In this document: piece after piece, positions 9,370-19,188 of the stretch
Numbering within the stretch: position 1 is the stretch's first letter
Layout of the letters: every line of letters begins with the position of its first letter
Virus record (IMG/VR): IMGVR_UViG_3300031998_000011
Span: 64,001 to 128,000 of that record
Length of the DNA: 64,000 bases
Reading direction: 5' to 3' (one strand)
Source: a virus
Lineage: Duplodnaviria > Caudoviricetes
Translations under genes and position numbers: made by a program
Notes under the pieces: generated by a model
What the model was told of the DNA's origin: nothing
Seen by the model: the letters and a program-made list of their open reading frames with translations, nothing else
Databases searched by the model: none

Positions 9370-10392
9370 ATGAATTGGGCGGACATAGCTGCAATCGACA
9401 GTCCGGGCAATTACCCGGTCGGTCGCATCGAACAGGACATTGAGCCGGAGGTCAAGGAGTACCTCAATGACTACAATCTCAATGAGATGAAGTACGAGGA
9501 CATCCGTGAGCTTCTGTTCAAGATCCGTCAGGACCTGCACCTCAAGCCGTGGCACCCGGTCACGCCTTATCTCCAGGCTTACGCTTTCGGCGATTGGGAA
9601 TCCCGTGGCAAGCACATCAAAGGCAATCCGGTCGGATGGATCAGTTGCACCGGCAATTACAGACCTCTCAGCATGTACACGCACGACATCACCGAGAGTT
9701 ATCCGGTGTATGCGTCCATCGGTTCAGGCGAACAGGTCTATGTCGGCGAGCTCATCATGCAGATGGACGGCAAGAAGTGCTTCCGGTTCTGGGGCATTTA
9801 CACCGAGCGCATGATTGAGGATTGTTCCAGCTATGGAAGACCCATTCGGGATCCGCGCACAGGCGAGCAGTACTTCACCAGTACCGTGCTCTGCACCTGG
9901 AAGGATCGGATCACACTGCAGGGAGATGTTGTCGTGAAGGTGCTGTCAAGGCGCCACAGATTGTCGGCTGTCCGTCCAAATGGTGAATCGAAGTCCAAAC
10001 CGAAGGACGAACAGCCGGAGCTCCCGCTGAAGAGTACGGACCCTGTGTCCGTTAAGGCAGCGCCTGTAAAGATGAGCACCGTGATGTGTCTTTCCGGTTC
10101 GGATGTGGAGAAGCGCAGATATCTCATCGAGATGTTCATCTGCATGTCGTCTCTTGCGAAGGGCACGGTTGTCTCTCATGAGAAGATGACCGGCGTACTG
10201 ACCGAATATCTCAGAGTCCTGGATGGTCCCAGTGCCAGTATTCAGATTCCGGATATCGTGCTGATGACCTGCTGGTCGTTCTACTGCATGATGCCGGACG
10301 ATGAATCGCGCAAGACTACCAAATACTGGTACGATGCGCTGGTTCGGACTGAGGATACTCGCGTAACCCTGGAAGGAACACGTGTACCATGA
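9370..10392 (+). CDS. Hypothetical protein
   Basis: 340-aa ORF, GGAGG RBS. Confidence 0.7.
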   Translation: MNWADIAAIDSPGNYPVGRIEQDIEPEVKEYLNDYNLNEMKYEDIRELLFKIRQDLHLKPWHPVTPYLQAYAFGDWESRGKHIKGNPVGWISCTGNYRPLSMYTHDITESYPVYASIGSGEQVYVGELIMQMDGKKCFRFWGIYTERMIEDCSSYGRPIRDPRTGEQYFTSTVLCTWKDRITLQGDVVVKVLSRRHRLSAVRPNGESKSKPKDEQPELPLKSTDPVSVKAAPVKMSTVMCLSGSDVEKRRYLIEMFICMSSLAKGTVVSHEKMTGVLTEYLRVLDGPSASIQIPDIVLMTCWSFYCMMPDDESRKTTKYWYDALVRTEDTRVTLEGTRVP

Positions 10393-10676
10393 ACGAAGAT
10401 GAGATGGAACAGCTGAAAGACCGCATCGACACTGTTGAGCAGGAAGTCGCCAATGTGAGCCGCATGCTGCAGGAAGTGCTTGTCAAACTCGGCGCGAAGA
10501 TCGAGAACTGCACAAACTGTACGCACCGCATGGGCGAGTGCGAGGATCCGTTCGACGATCCTGCGAATAAGGTGTTCTGCAGATTCTGGATGGACTACCA
10601 TGTGCCGTCTCATCGGTGCAGGCAGTGGACTGACAAGCCGGAGGATGACACTCCTGATCTGGCAAGTTGTCCTTAA
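10389..10676 (+). CDS. Coiled-coil plus Cys-rich small protein
   Basis: CTNC...C...C pattern; ATGA overlap. Confidence 0.6.
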   Translation: MNEDEMEQLKDRIDTVEQEVANVSRMLQEVLVKLGAKIENCTNCTHRMGECEDPFDDPANKVFCRFWMDYHVPSHRCRQWTDKPEDDTPDLASCP

Positions 10677-11539
10677 AGAGAAACACCATCTGCCTGAAGG
10701 ATTTCTTTGAGCTTCCCCTGAAGCCGTCTGAGCTTGATATGCAGGCGGGTGATGGGGAGGCCAGTTTCCTGGCAGATGGTGTTTTCGTCAAGTTGCTTGG
10801 CTCCGGCCAAGCCGTATAGGTGGATCAAAATGTATCTGTCCCTTTCGGGAAGGTCTTTCATGGATTCATTCAACGCGGCAACCGCGTAGTCAACTTCACT
10901 TTTCTCTTGTGCTCCGTCGTCTAAATTCTCACCGATGAACTCACCGAACGTCGTACGACTGGAGTCGTCTTCACTCACGCTGGCCTCAATGGAGTAGACC
11001 TTGAGGTCAGCTCTTTTGATGTTTTCTAATTGCTTGTCTGACAGCCCCGTAATCCCTTTGATTTCATCATCTGTCGGCTGTCGGTGGAATTGATTTGCGA
11101 AACTCAGTTTTACTTTTTCGAGGTTCAATACTTTTTGTGTTGCGCCGCCCGGAATCCTTATCGTATGCGTCTGTTCTGCGAGCGCCTTTCGGATTGCTTG
11201 CTTGATCCACCAGGTCGCGTAACACGAGAACTTTGCTCCGTGTCCCGGCTGGAATTTGTCAGCTGCCGTCATCAGACCTCGGTTGCCTTCTGCCACGATA
11301 TCGGCGAAGGTCATGCCGTAGCGCTTGAAATCATGGCTGATTTTTACGACCAGTTTGAGGTTCGAGTGGATCAGCTCTTCACGGGCTGCCTGCTTTTGCT
11401 CCTCTGTTCCGTTATGGATCAGATTTGAGAGCTCGACTTCGCGCTCTTTGGAGATTCTCTTGAAGCCGTCAATGTCGTTCATGTAGCGGCTGATGTCTTC
11501 GGTGAGTACGGACGCATTTCGGGTGGGACTGCAGATCAT
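10673..11539 (-). CDS. Sigma-70 family RNA polymerase sigma factor (RpoD/RpoS-like, no region 1.1)
   Basis: Region 1.2 DISRYMNDI; region 2 NLKLVVKISH...DIVAEGNRGLMTAADKF...KFSCYATWWIKQAIRKAL...TIRIP; region 4 present but divergent; RBS AAGGAG before ATG 11539. Confidence 0.92.
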   Translation of the reverse strand: MICSPTRNASVLTEDISRYMNDIDGFKRISKEREVELSNLIHNGTEEQKQAAREELIHSNLKLVVKISHDFKRYGMTFADIVAEGNRGLMTAADKFQPGHGAKFSCYATWWIKQAIRKALAEQTHTIRIPGGATQKVLNLEKVKLSFANQFHRQPTDDEIKGITGLSDKQLENIKRADLKVYSIEASVSEDDSSRTTFGEFIGENLDDGAQEKSEVDYAVAALNESMKDLPERDRYILIHLYGLAGAKQLDENTICQETGLPITRLHIKLRRLQGKLKEILQADGVSL

Positions 11540-11640
11540 GGGTTTCTCCTTTTGGTTTTTGGGTGATGCCAATCAATATAGCACTGATTCCCGAAATTGT
11601 CAAACTCTGTTTTGCATTTTTGTGTAAATTCTTGTAACTG

Positions 11641-11669
11641 TTTATTACTCATGCCTTTGCGGGCATAAT
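11641..11669 (+). promoter_or_regulatory. Putative class-I promoter (TTTATT-N17-CATAAT)
   Basis: GGGCATAAT core shared with sites at 48.7-52.9 kb; lies in the AT-rich divergent gap. Confidence 0.5.
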
Positions 11670-11763
11670 ACAATGGAGAACTGCATGCTGTCCTATGTTG
11701 GGACGACGTGGACAGTTCCCATAACAACCAATGGGGAAGTACTCCCCAGAAAGGAATGGAACC

Positions 11764-12771
11764 ATGTTGGCTCCGATTCCCTTCAACATCGACGTCCTCC
11801 GTGGACGTGAAGCGTTACACCTCATCAACCACAACGGGGGCTTTGCGCTCAGCGCAGAACTGAAGCCGAAGCTGACCAAGGGCAAGCTGAACGTGGCTAT
11901 GCCCAGCCCCAATGAAAGCAACATGCTGGTGTGCGCTTTGCTGGGCATCTTGACAGGCCGGAAGGTGATGTTCATCTTCTGCGACAAGAAGGATGATCCG
12001 CGCTTCTGTGAGTGCGATTTCGTGCTCACGAAGCAATCTCCGCTTTTCGGTTCCGACAAGGCGGACGCAATCGAAGTGTTCCTCGCCATCCTGTGGAACA
12101 CGCCGTGGGTCAGCGAGCTATTCGACGAGCCTGCGGCAGCGGACGGATGGCTCCAGCAGATCTGGACCTCCTGCTTTGAGGGTCTGACTGATGTATGGCG
12201 TCTCGGCGAACTCTCGCTGTGGGACGACAAGGAAATGGCGTGGAAAGCCCTCTGGTGGCTGGACAAGCGTCTCCGTTCCATGCAGAAGGTGTACCTCATG
12301 GAGGGCAACCTCATGAAGAAGCTCCGTGCTCTGGTTCACGACCACAAGGGCGTTATCAAGCTCCCGCCTGGAGCAGATGGTATGACCATCGGCGGCTGCC
12401 GCCAGTTCATCCGTGCGGTCGAAGCTGAGACGCTCAACGCCAGGGAACACATCCCGGTGATTACAGTGGTCGGGCAGTACAAGGGTGTCTGGCATGTCTG
12501 GCCGGCACTTACGCTGGACGACCAGGGTAACGAAGTTCCATGCATGAATTTCAAGGCAGCACTGCAGACCGAGCCCGATAGCCGCAAGTGGATGTCGATG
12601 CTGTACAGCAAGCTGCATTTCAATAAGTTCACACGGGAAGAACGGATCGAGTGCGCAGATGTCCATGCTGCCTGTATGCTGGCGGACTGGCTTTGTGCCT
12701 GTTTCCACGGCAAGGCCAAGCAGGGAGACCTGGAAGGCATTGTCGGGCTCTATGATGGAATCCCCAAATAA
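11764..12771 (+). CDS. Hypothetical protein
   Basis: About 335-aa ORF; start uncertain (11731 or 11764). Confidence 0.7.
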   Translation: MLAPIPFNIDVLRGREALHLINHNGGFALSAELKPKLTKGKLNVAMPSPNESNMLVCALLGILTGRKVMFIFCDKKDDPRFCECDFVLTKQSPLFGSDKADAIEVFLAILWNTPWVSELFDEPAAADGWLQQIWTSCFEGLTDVWRLGELSLWDDKEMAWKALWWLDKRLRSMQKVYLMEGNLMKKLRALVHDHKGVIKLPPGADGMTIGGCRQFIRAVEAETLNAREHIPVITVVGQYKGVWHVWPALTLDDQGNEVPCMNFKAALQTEPDSRKWMSMLYSKLHFNKFTREERIECADVHAACMLADWLCACFHGKAKQGDLEGIVGLYDGIPK

Positions 12772-12780
12772 GGAGCAACT

Positions 12781-13005
12781 ATGAGCAAACTTTATGATAT
12801 CGAGGCAGGAACCTGTCCGAACTGTGAGAGTGAGGACGTCGAGAACGTCGGCGTGAACTATCTCAAAGATCATAACGAGGGCGTGAGCTACCTGCGTCGC
12901 TGCAACGACTGCGGAGCCAAGTTCCGCGAAGTTTACCAACTCGAATATATCGGTTCTGAACTCGTTTCGGTTCCGAAAACGCATAATGGAAGGAAAAATC
13001 AATGA
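12781..13005 (+). CDS. Small zinc-ribbon protein (paralog family)
   Basis: CPNC...CNDCGAKFREVY; AAGGAG RBS. Confidence 0.75.
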   Translation: MSKLYDIEAGTCPNCESEDVENVGVNYLKDHNEGVSYLRRCNDCGAKFREVYQLEYIGSELVSVPKTHNGRKNQ

Positions 13006-13376
13006 TGACGAACTTTCCGAACACGCCGGGTGCTACCCCGGCAAACCCTGAGAAGTACATCCAGGGTGAGAAGGCCGACAAGGTCGAAACCGTGAAGTCC
13101 ATTCTGATGGGCAAACCGCAGACCGAGCAGGCCAAGCAAGTCAGCGCTCTGCTGCAGGACATCTATGACCTACAGGGCAAAGCAAGCCGCACGCCCGTGC
13201 TGTCGGAAGACGGCGCGGTTCTGCTGAAGGGCATTCAGGACAGTCTGTCCGCGATGGCTGCCAACCTCACCACGTCGCTCGGCATCAAGTCCGAGAACGA
13301 CGTGAACCGTGCAATCAACGAAATGCGTGCCCGTGTGGTCTACTACCAGAGTGCGCTGGAAGGAGTCTACGCATGA
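13002..13376 (+). CDS. Hypothetical helical protein
   Basis: 124-aa coupled ORF. Confidence 0.65.
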   Translation: MMTNFPNTPGATPANPEKYIQGEKADKVETVKSILMGKPQTEQAKQVSALLQDIYDLQGKASRTPVLSEDGAVLLKGIQDSLSAMAANLTTSLGIKSENDVNRAINEMRARVVYYQSALEGVYA

Positions 13377-13533
13377 CCGAAGTCTATTACGACCTGGGTC
13401 CGTGCTTCAGCCTGGTATGCAGAAGTCTGTACGACTTCAGTGCATTTATCATGGAGCTCCCGCAGTTCCATCCCGTTACAACCATCCAGGGCGATGTGCA
13501 ACTCGAAACGCTGCACACAGAGGAGTAAGTGGA

Positions 13534-13740
13534 ATGACGTTCTGCGACAGCAAGGACTGTCCGAAGAAGGACAAGTGCGGAACACATATCGACAGGCTCC
13601 GCGTACCAGAGGGAGTCAGCTGCCCGATTTGGCAGTTCGATTTCTATAAGCTGGTCAAGAACGGCGAATGCAGGCATGAGCGCAAGTTCGCCCAGTACAC
13701 AATCAGAACAACAAAGGAATCAAATAATGTCATGCAATAG
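13534..13740 (+). CDS. Small Cys-rich protein
   Basis: MTFCDSKDCPKKDKC; GAGGAG RBS. Confidence 0.55.
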   Translation: MTFCDSKDCPKKDKCGTHIDRLRVPEGVSCPIWQFDFYKLVKNGECRHERKFAQYTIRTTKESNNVMQ

Positions 13741-13972
13741 ACTCGTGAAGGCTTTGACAAGCCTCATCAACATGAACAATGTCGCCGAGAAGGTCGAAGA
13801 TATCTACGGCGAGGCTGACGATGAGATGAGCTGCAAGGAAATCACAGAGCTCGTCAAGTCCGGCCAGGTTCAGATCGTCATCGGAATCACCTGCTACGAC
13901 CGCAACGGAGACTACGTCGGAGAAGACGAAGTCGAGTGCGAACAGTCAGAGGACGACTTCGATGACGAATGA
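13727..13972 (+). CDS. Small acidic hypothetical protein
   Basis: AAGGA RBS; acidic C-terminus. Confidence 0.6.
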   Translation: MSCNRLVKALTSLINMNNVAEKVEDIYGEADDEMSCKEITELVKSGQVQIVIGITCYDRNGDYVGEDEVECEQSEDDFDDE

Positions 13973-14639
13973 CAAGCGCACCATAACCAGTTCCAAGTAT
14001 GGCGACATCATTCATCAGGGTCAGGACTGGACCTTCATCGAGAATGGAATGCTGCATGCAGCCTCTGTTGAATGTGGCGGTATCGTCAGAATCGACAGCG
14101 GCGGGTCTGCAAGCGCCTGTACAGTGGAGCAAAACGGCCAGATATGTGTCACTGCGGGTGGCCATGTAGAGTGCGTTTGCGTGGCCTCTGCAGGCCTTCT
14201 GCGCGTTTCTAAAGGAGGCTTCGCAAGTATCCTGAACACATCCAGCGGCGGACATATCGTTCTCAGCGGCGGGTTCGCACACAACGTCATACTGTCAGGC
14301 GGCCAGATCACTGTGTCAGAGGGCCAGGCAACGGAAGTCAACCTTGCAGGCCCCAACAGTTACCTGGCCTTGCAGGACGGTACCTACGGCGCAGAAGTCC
14401 GTATCGGTTCCGACTGCATCGCCAGGGTCGCCAATGGAGCGTTGCTGGAGCATGTGACCGTCAGCTCCGGCGGCACACTGAAACTCTATCACCAGAGCAT
14501 CTGCAGAGACATCATGCTGGAGCCCGGTGGTAGAATCGTCGCAACACACTATTCAATCATCTCAGGTCTGTCGTCTGTGCGCGATTATGCGCTCAAGGTG
14601 CATGACTCTGAAATAAACATGCTTGTCATCGAGGGATGA
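13962..14639 (+). CDS. AIDA-like 'SGG' repeat beta-helix protein without signal peptide
   Basis: About 19-aa repeats IDSGGSA, VTAGGHV, VSKGGFA, TSSGGHI, VSSGGTL. Confidence 0.75.
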   Translation: MTNDKRTITSSKYGDIIHQGQDWTFIENGMLHAASVECGGIVRIDSGGSASACTVEQNGQICVTAGGHVECVCVASAGLLRVSKGGFASILNTSSGGHIVLSGGFAHNVILSGGQITVSEGQATEVNLAGPNSYLALQDGTYGAEVRIGSDCIARVANGALLEHVTVSSGGTLKLYHQSICRDIMLEPGGRIVATHYSIISGLSSVRDYALKVHDSEINMLVIEG

Positions 14640-14655
14640 CAGAAAGGAATACACA

Positions 14656-15117
14656 ATGGATCTCGTAACAATCACAACCGGAATTGCTGGTGTCGTCATC
14701 GCAATATTCGTCGCTTGTGCCTGCATTGGCATCATGCTGGAATACAGACGGGACGACAACTACGACTTCAAGAGGAATCTGGGCGGTCTCATGCATCTTG
14801 CCCAGCGGTTAGAGCAGAAGGATCTGTCTCCGGAGGACGGTTCAGAGGCACTTGCCGATCTGTTCAAGGAGATCGACAGAGACGCTGCAGCTGTCAATCA
14901 GGCCGCACTGCGCCACAGATATCACGCTCGGTGGTTCCATGTCTGGGCAATTATCTGTGTGCTGATCGCCTGTCTCGTGTTCGTCGGCGGCCTGTTCCTG
15001 GACAACCATATCCAGAACAAAGTCAACGAATCTTACCGTGCCGGAAACCAGCACGGAATGAATATCGCACGCGGTATCTGGGAGGCGACACATGGCGTCG
15101 TCGAAAAGGCAGAATGA
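14656..15117 (+). CDS. Two-TM membrane protein (paralog of 23429-23833)
   Basis: Two hydrophobic helices; similar C-terminus LxxHI...YxxG. Confidence 0.65.
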   Translation: MDLVTITTGIAGVVIAIFVACACIGIMLEYRRDDNYDFKRNLGGLMHLAQRLEQKDLSPEDGSEALADLFKEIDRDAAAVNQAALRHRYHARWFHVWAIICVLIACLVFVGGLFLDNHIQNKVNESYRAGNQHGMNIARGIWEATHGVVEKAE

Positions 15118-15376
15118 CGGCATCCAGCTCTACATCAACGGCAAGCGGGTGAACATCTGCAGGCTGGATGATGAGAAGCTGGATAAACTCATCGAGAACT
15201 GCAAGGCGCTCGTAGACAACTGCGAGCGCCAACTCAGTCTCACTCAGGAGATGGAGGAAGCCATAAAAATGAAAATCAAAGCGGCAAAGGCGGAACTCGC
15301 GAGCTGGGAAGAGCTCAAGAGCATCCGTAAGGAACGCAGCAACATTTTCGACAAGTGGGAGGAGACCGATGAGTAA
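15092..15376 (+). CDS. Coiled-coil hypothetical protein
   Basis: GGAGG RBS; heptad pattern. Confidence 0.6.
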   Translation: MASSKRQNDGIQLYINGKRVNICRLDDEKLDKLIENCKALVDNCERQLSLTQEMEEAIKMKIKAAKAELASWEELKSIRKERSNIFDKWEETDE

Positions 15377-16043
15377 CGCAACCATGTCTGGTTTCATCAC
15401 TGTGTCGTCCGGCCGCATCGAGCTGCCGGAGGACGTCGATGTCTACATGTCAGGCTGCGCTGTGATCGGTAAAGGCGGAGAACTGATTCTGAACGGTAAA
15501 GGCCAGTCGTCCCAGTACATACATGAGTGCATTGTCGAGGAAGGTGGCTATCTGTATGCCGGCGGTAATCTGGCGCATGTTACCAGCGCCACTATTCAGG
15601 AGTCAGGACATCTGTATGTCAGTGATGACGCACATATGTACGACGTCATGGGCGGCGGCCTTATCATCTGCAGAGGTGCATCCAGCATCCTGCACATGGA
15701 GGTCACGGCCGGCGGCAAGGCTGTTATGGAGAATGTGAAGCTCGCACGGAACGTTCATGTGCATCCTCGTGCAGAACTGGAAGTCAGCAGCCAGACGCAT
15801 ATCGAACACCTCGTTGTTCGTATGGGTGGCTATGCCAGGATCTCAGAGTCACATGCTGTGGATGTCGAGATCTGCAGCGGCGGTACGCTGTCCATCCTGG
15901 ACGCCAACGTCAGCGAGATCAGGCAATCCGAGGGTGCCGTGGTAAAAATCAACGGCAAGTGCAAGGTACACTACAACAGGCTGTCGGAAGTCGGCGGTCC
16001 GGAGTTCAAGGAGTACTCTGATGGTCTCTCAAAAGAAGAATAA
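15369..16043 (+). CDS. AIDA-like 'SGG' repeat beta-helix protein
   Basis: VSSGRI, IGKGGEL, VEEGGYL, VTAGGKA, ICSGGTL repeats. Confidence 0.7.
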   Translation: MSNATMSGFITVSSGRIELPEDVDVYMSGCAVIGKGGELILNGKGQSSQYIHECIVEEGGYLYAGGNLAHVTSATIQESGHLYVSDDAHMYDVMGGGLIICRGASSILHMEVTAGGKAVMENVKLARNVHVHPRAELEVSSQTHIEHLVVRMGGYARISESHAVDVEICSGGTLSILDANVSEIRQSEGAVVKINGKCKVHYNRLSEVGGPEFKEYSDGLSKEE

Positions 16044-16800
16044 GTTCAAGCCGGGCAAGCTGTCGTTCCGACCGGTGATCGCCAGTATGCGTCCTGTCAA
16101 GGGCGAACCTGTCCATTACGGCATCGCTGCCACACGTATAACGCAGGACGACATAGATAATGGTTGGACCCAGCACTCGGCCGGTCCAAGCTCCTGGTCG
16201 GAACCGTTGCGAACGCTGACGGAAGCCAAGCGTATCGCACAGCGCAAGAACCGCAAATGGGCATGGCAGGAAGCAAAGCGTGTACGAGAAGCCCGTACTT
16301 TCCTGAACCAGTACTGGAACGCGCCGTGGGATGGTCCATACAATGCAGGCAGTATCTCCACTGTGAAGTTCCCCGGAGGATTCCACAAACCGCACTTCAA
16401 TCTGAACGAGACGGTGTTCTTCGTGAAGGTTGTGCGTGATCCGTATCTGCAGTTATACTACGGGCGTGGTGTCGTCACGGGAGTCCAGTGGGTTCATGGC
16501 TATGATGCTGAGCACCCAACTGACACTGCAAACCGTGGCGAGTGGCACTGGTCATATCGCGTGGATTTCCGCCGACGCTGTAACCAGATCGACAGAGAAC
16601 ACGATGACAAGCTCAATCCCGCGAGCTGGGTGCCTGATTACGAGTACGTGCTCGAACGAGAGATGTTCAGGACGCTGTTAGAAGCTCTCGATGCTCTTGA
16701 GATGTACAACAACGAGCTGGCCTGTAAATGGCACAGCATCGAGGATCGTCTTGAGAACGTGCGTACCAGGGACATGAAAGACGGCGAGGAGATAGGCTGA
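16021..16800 (+). CDS. Hypothetical protein with SH3/KOW-like C-terminal module (paralog family)
   Basis: FNLNETVFFV...EREMFRTLLEA. Confidence 0.6.
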   Translation: MVSQKKNKFKPGKLSFRPVIASMRPVKGEPVHYGIAATRITQDDIDNGWTQHSAGPSSWSEPLRTLTEAKRIAQRKNRKWAWQEAKRVREARTFLNQYWNAPWDGPYNAGSISTVKFPGGFHKPHFNLNETVFFVKVVRDPYLQLYYGRGVVTGVQWVHGYDAEHPTDTANRGEWHWSYRVDFRRRCNQIDREHDDKLNPASWVPDYEYVLEREMFRTLLEALDALEMYNNELACKWHSIEDRLENVRTRDMKDGEEIG

Positions 16801-17417
16801 TGGCTAAAAAGAAGTCAGAGAAGGAACCGATTCCTTATGGCGTTACCACCATGTGGGGCGGCGAGGACCGTCCGTTACACGCTACAGTGACACGTGACCA
16901 TGTGTACGCTCATCTCAAGTACCCCTTGAAAGAGGCCATAAAGCGTGCCAGGGAAATGAATGATGTGGAGATGAAGGACCAGGAGCTCGAACATATAGAA
17001 TATCTTGAGGTGTTCGATAAAGAGAGCCCATCTGATTTCAGAGTACTCCAACGCATTTCCAAACTGCCGAAGTATCGTTGCGGACAGAAAGTGTTCGTAG
17101 TGCATGCTCGTGTATGTGATCTGTTCGCTGCAAAAGGCGTGATCGTCGGTATGGAATGGGACGAAGTCCTCAGAGACTGGCAGTACACTGTCATGTATCG
17201 CGGACATGTCAAGCGGTCATTCCAGCAGGGAAAAGGACCACTGCACGAGCTAACTCTTGTGGACACTGAAGACTATATATTCCCTTACGAGCAGAAGGCG
17301 AAAGCCAAGAAGCTGTTTGTAAAGGGCATTTCCGATTGCGGAAAATGGTGGTCGAAGTTTGTCGCAAAATTGGCAAAACTGAAGGAAGGCATGTTGGCAG
17401 AGGGCGACACGCTGTAG
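16800..17417 (+). CDS. Hypothetical protein with SH3/KOW-like module
   Basis: PKYRCGQKVFVV...WQYTV...EDYIF. Confidence 0.6.
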   Translation: MAKKKSEKEPIPYGVTTMWGGEDRPLHATVTRDHVYAHLKYPLKEAIKRAREMNDVEMKDQELEHIEYLEVFDKESPSDFRVLQRISKLPKYRCGQKVFVVHARVCDLFAAKGVIVGMEWDEVLRDWQYTVMYRGHVKRSFQQGKGPLHELTLVDTEDYIFPYEQKAKAKKLFVKGISDCGKWWSKFVAKLAKLKEGMLAEGDTL

Positions 17418-17444
17418 TGACGCTGAGTCTCTTTGTAGGAGGTA

Positions 17445-18350
17445 ATGCCTATGAAGAGACTCAAAGTTTTGATCATCAATGGTGGCGGAATCTTCGGCTG
17501 TCTTCCAGCTCATTTTCTTTCCATGCTACCAACAAACCAGCAGAACCTGGAAGGGATTGATGTACTTTCAGGATGCAGCGTGGGCGGCATATTGGCAGCC
17601 GCGTATGCTGTAGGTCATCAGTTTGCGCTCATTGATGAAGTTTTTCAGCGCAGGGCAAAGGATTGTTTCAAGAAGCGGTTCGCTGCCAAGATAAATCCAC
17701 TTGCATGTCCTACGTATGATAATGACAGCATTGATGAGGTCATACAGGAAATGATTGGAGAAAATACAATGCGGGATGTTCATAAGATTTTCCCGAAGTT
17801 GTCTCTTATCATTCCTGCGTTGGATGTTACTGATGACAAGTACATCGTGTTTGACAATATCAGGCACAAGTATGACCTGGTTCCTCTGAAGAAGATCGCA
17901 GGTTATACGTCGGCTGCACCGAGTTATTTTGCAGGAAGAGACTTTAATGGACACTGTCTTATTGATGGTGGTTTGATAGAGGTCTTTCCTATGATTACAG
18001 CAACAACGTCCGTGAAGAAGAACCTCGGTGTTCCATTCATGAACATGTCTGTGCTGATGCTCGGTACAGGTCAAGACAAGGATCAACATCCTTTAACACT
18101 CAAAAGCTACAACAATCTTGGACTTCTTGGGATTGCTACTGATGTGCTTGTTCCTTATGCAACTCTGAGTAACTCTCTGGCAACAGAGTATTGGGGTCGC
18201 AATATGGGATACGGTAATTTCTACTACTTCAATCCAGTTCAGACGGATGGCAAACTTGACGATGTCAAGCAGATTCCGGCTCTGGTGAAAGAAGCAGATA
18301 ACCATCGGGAAGAATTTCTCGAAGTCTGGGATAAGTGGTACAACGACTAA
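17445..18350 (+). CDS. Patatin-like phospholipase
   Basis: NGGGIFG oxyanion loop, GCSVG nucleophile, SAAPSYF, catalytic DGG, LMLGTG. Confidence 0.88.
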   Translation: MPMKRLKVLIINGGGIFGCLPAHFLSMLPTNQQNLEGIDVLSGCSVGGILAAAYAVGHQFALIDEVFQRRAKDCFKKRFAAKINPLACPTYDNDSIDEVIQEMIGENTMRDVHKIFPKLSLIIPALDVTDDKYIVFDNIRHKYDLVPLKKIAGYTSAAPSYFAGRDFNGHCLIDGGLIEVFPMITATTSVKKNLGVPFMNMSVLMLGTGQDKDQHPLTLKSYNNLGLLGIATDVLVPYATLSNSLATEYWGRNMGYGNFYYFNPVQTDGKLDDVKQIPALVKEADNHREEFLEVWDKWYND

Positions 18351-18366
18351 GGTTATCGTAAATAAA

Positions 18367-18397
18367 GACCCGCTGTAGCTGCGAACTGCAGCGGGTC
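18367..18397 (+). other. GC-rich hairpin upstream of the HNH gene
   Basis: GACCCGCTGTAG-ctgcgaa-CTGCAGCGGGTC, no + strand T tail. Confidence 0.5.
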
Positions 18398-18437
18398 CAA
18401 ACTCTAACACAATAGTGCAGAATAGGAGGACACTATC

Positions 18438-19091
18438 ATGCAAGAGTCAGCAAGCAATGCGCCTGCCGAAGTTACAGTACCCGCTATTGAGTGGCGGCCT
18501 GTTGTTGGTTGGGAGGGTCTGTATGAGGTCAGTAATACTGGACTCGTTAAGTCCCTAACAGGTAAGAAGGGTAGAGAGCATATAATGAGACCCAAGTTGA
18601 CAAGGGGTGGCTATAGTGGTATTACACTTCATGTCAAGGACAGAAAGAAGTGTACGACAGTACATATTCTTGTAGCAAAAGCCTTTATTCCAAATCCAGA
18701 AAACAAACCACAGATAGATCACATCAACACGATTCGCACAGACAACCGTGTTGAAAATTTGCGATGGTGCACAAACAAGGAAAATCACGCAAACCCCATA
18801 ACAGCAGAGAGGTACCGCATACTGTTTAAGAGCCAGGAGAACAGGGAACGACACAGAAAGCTGTATAACACAACTATGGTTGGTGTCGAGCTCAAGAAGG
18901 CCAATGACCAGAGGAAAAGAGCAGTCCGGTGCGTAGAGACAGGAATCATATATGAATCTACTCATGCGGCGGAACGTGCTACAGGCGTTTTTCATTCGAA
19001 TATAAAAACAGCCTGCAATAGGACAAGTAAACGGGTATATCGACATCCTTCCAGGAATGGTAAACTCGTGTTGCACTGGGAATGGGCTTGA
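18438..19091 (+). CDS. NUMOD4-HNH homing endonuclease with C-terminal NUMOD1-like domain
   Basis: [22 protein letters not shown]; VHILVAKAF...[18 protein letters not shown]; [12 protein letters not shown]. Confidence 0.92.
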   Translation: MQESASNAPAEVTVPAIEWRPVVGWEGLYEVSNTGLVKSLTGKKGREHIMRPKLTRGGYSGITLHVKDRKKCTTVHILVAKAFIPNPENKPQIDHINTIRTDNRVENLRWCTNKENHANPITAERYRILFKSQENRERHRKLYNTTMVGVELKKANDQRKRAVRCVETGIIYESTHAAERATGVFHSNIKTACNRTSKRVYRHPSRNGKLVLHWEWA

Positions 19092-19144
19092 TACACAACA
19101 ATTAACAATTTGGTAACGAAACCAATTTCGTAACCAGCAACTAC

Positions 19145-19174
19145 AGGGTCGGTCCATAACGGGCCGGCCCTTTT
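19145..19174 (+). terminator. Intrinsic terminator
   Basis: AGGGTCGGTCC-ataac-GGGCCGGCCCT-TTT. Confidence 0.7.
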
Positions 19175-19188
19175 CATTGGAGGTTATT

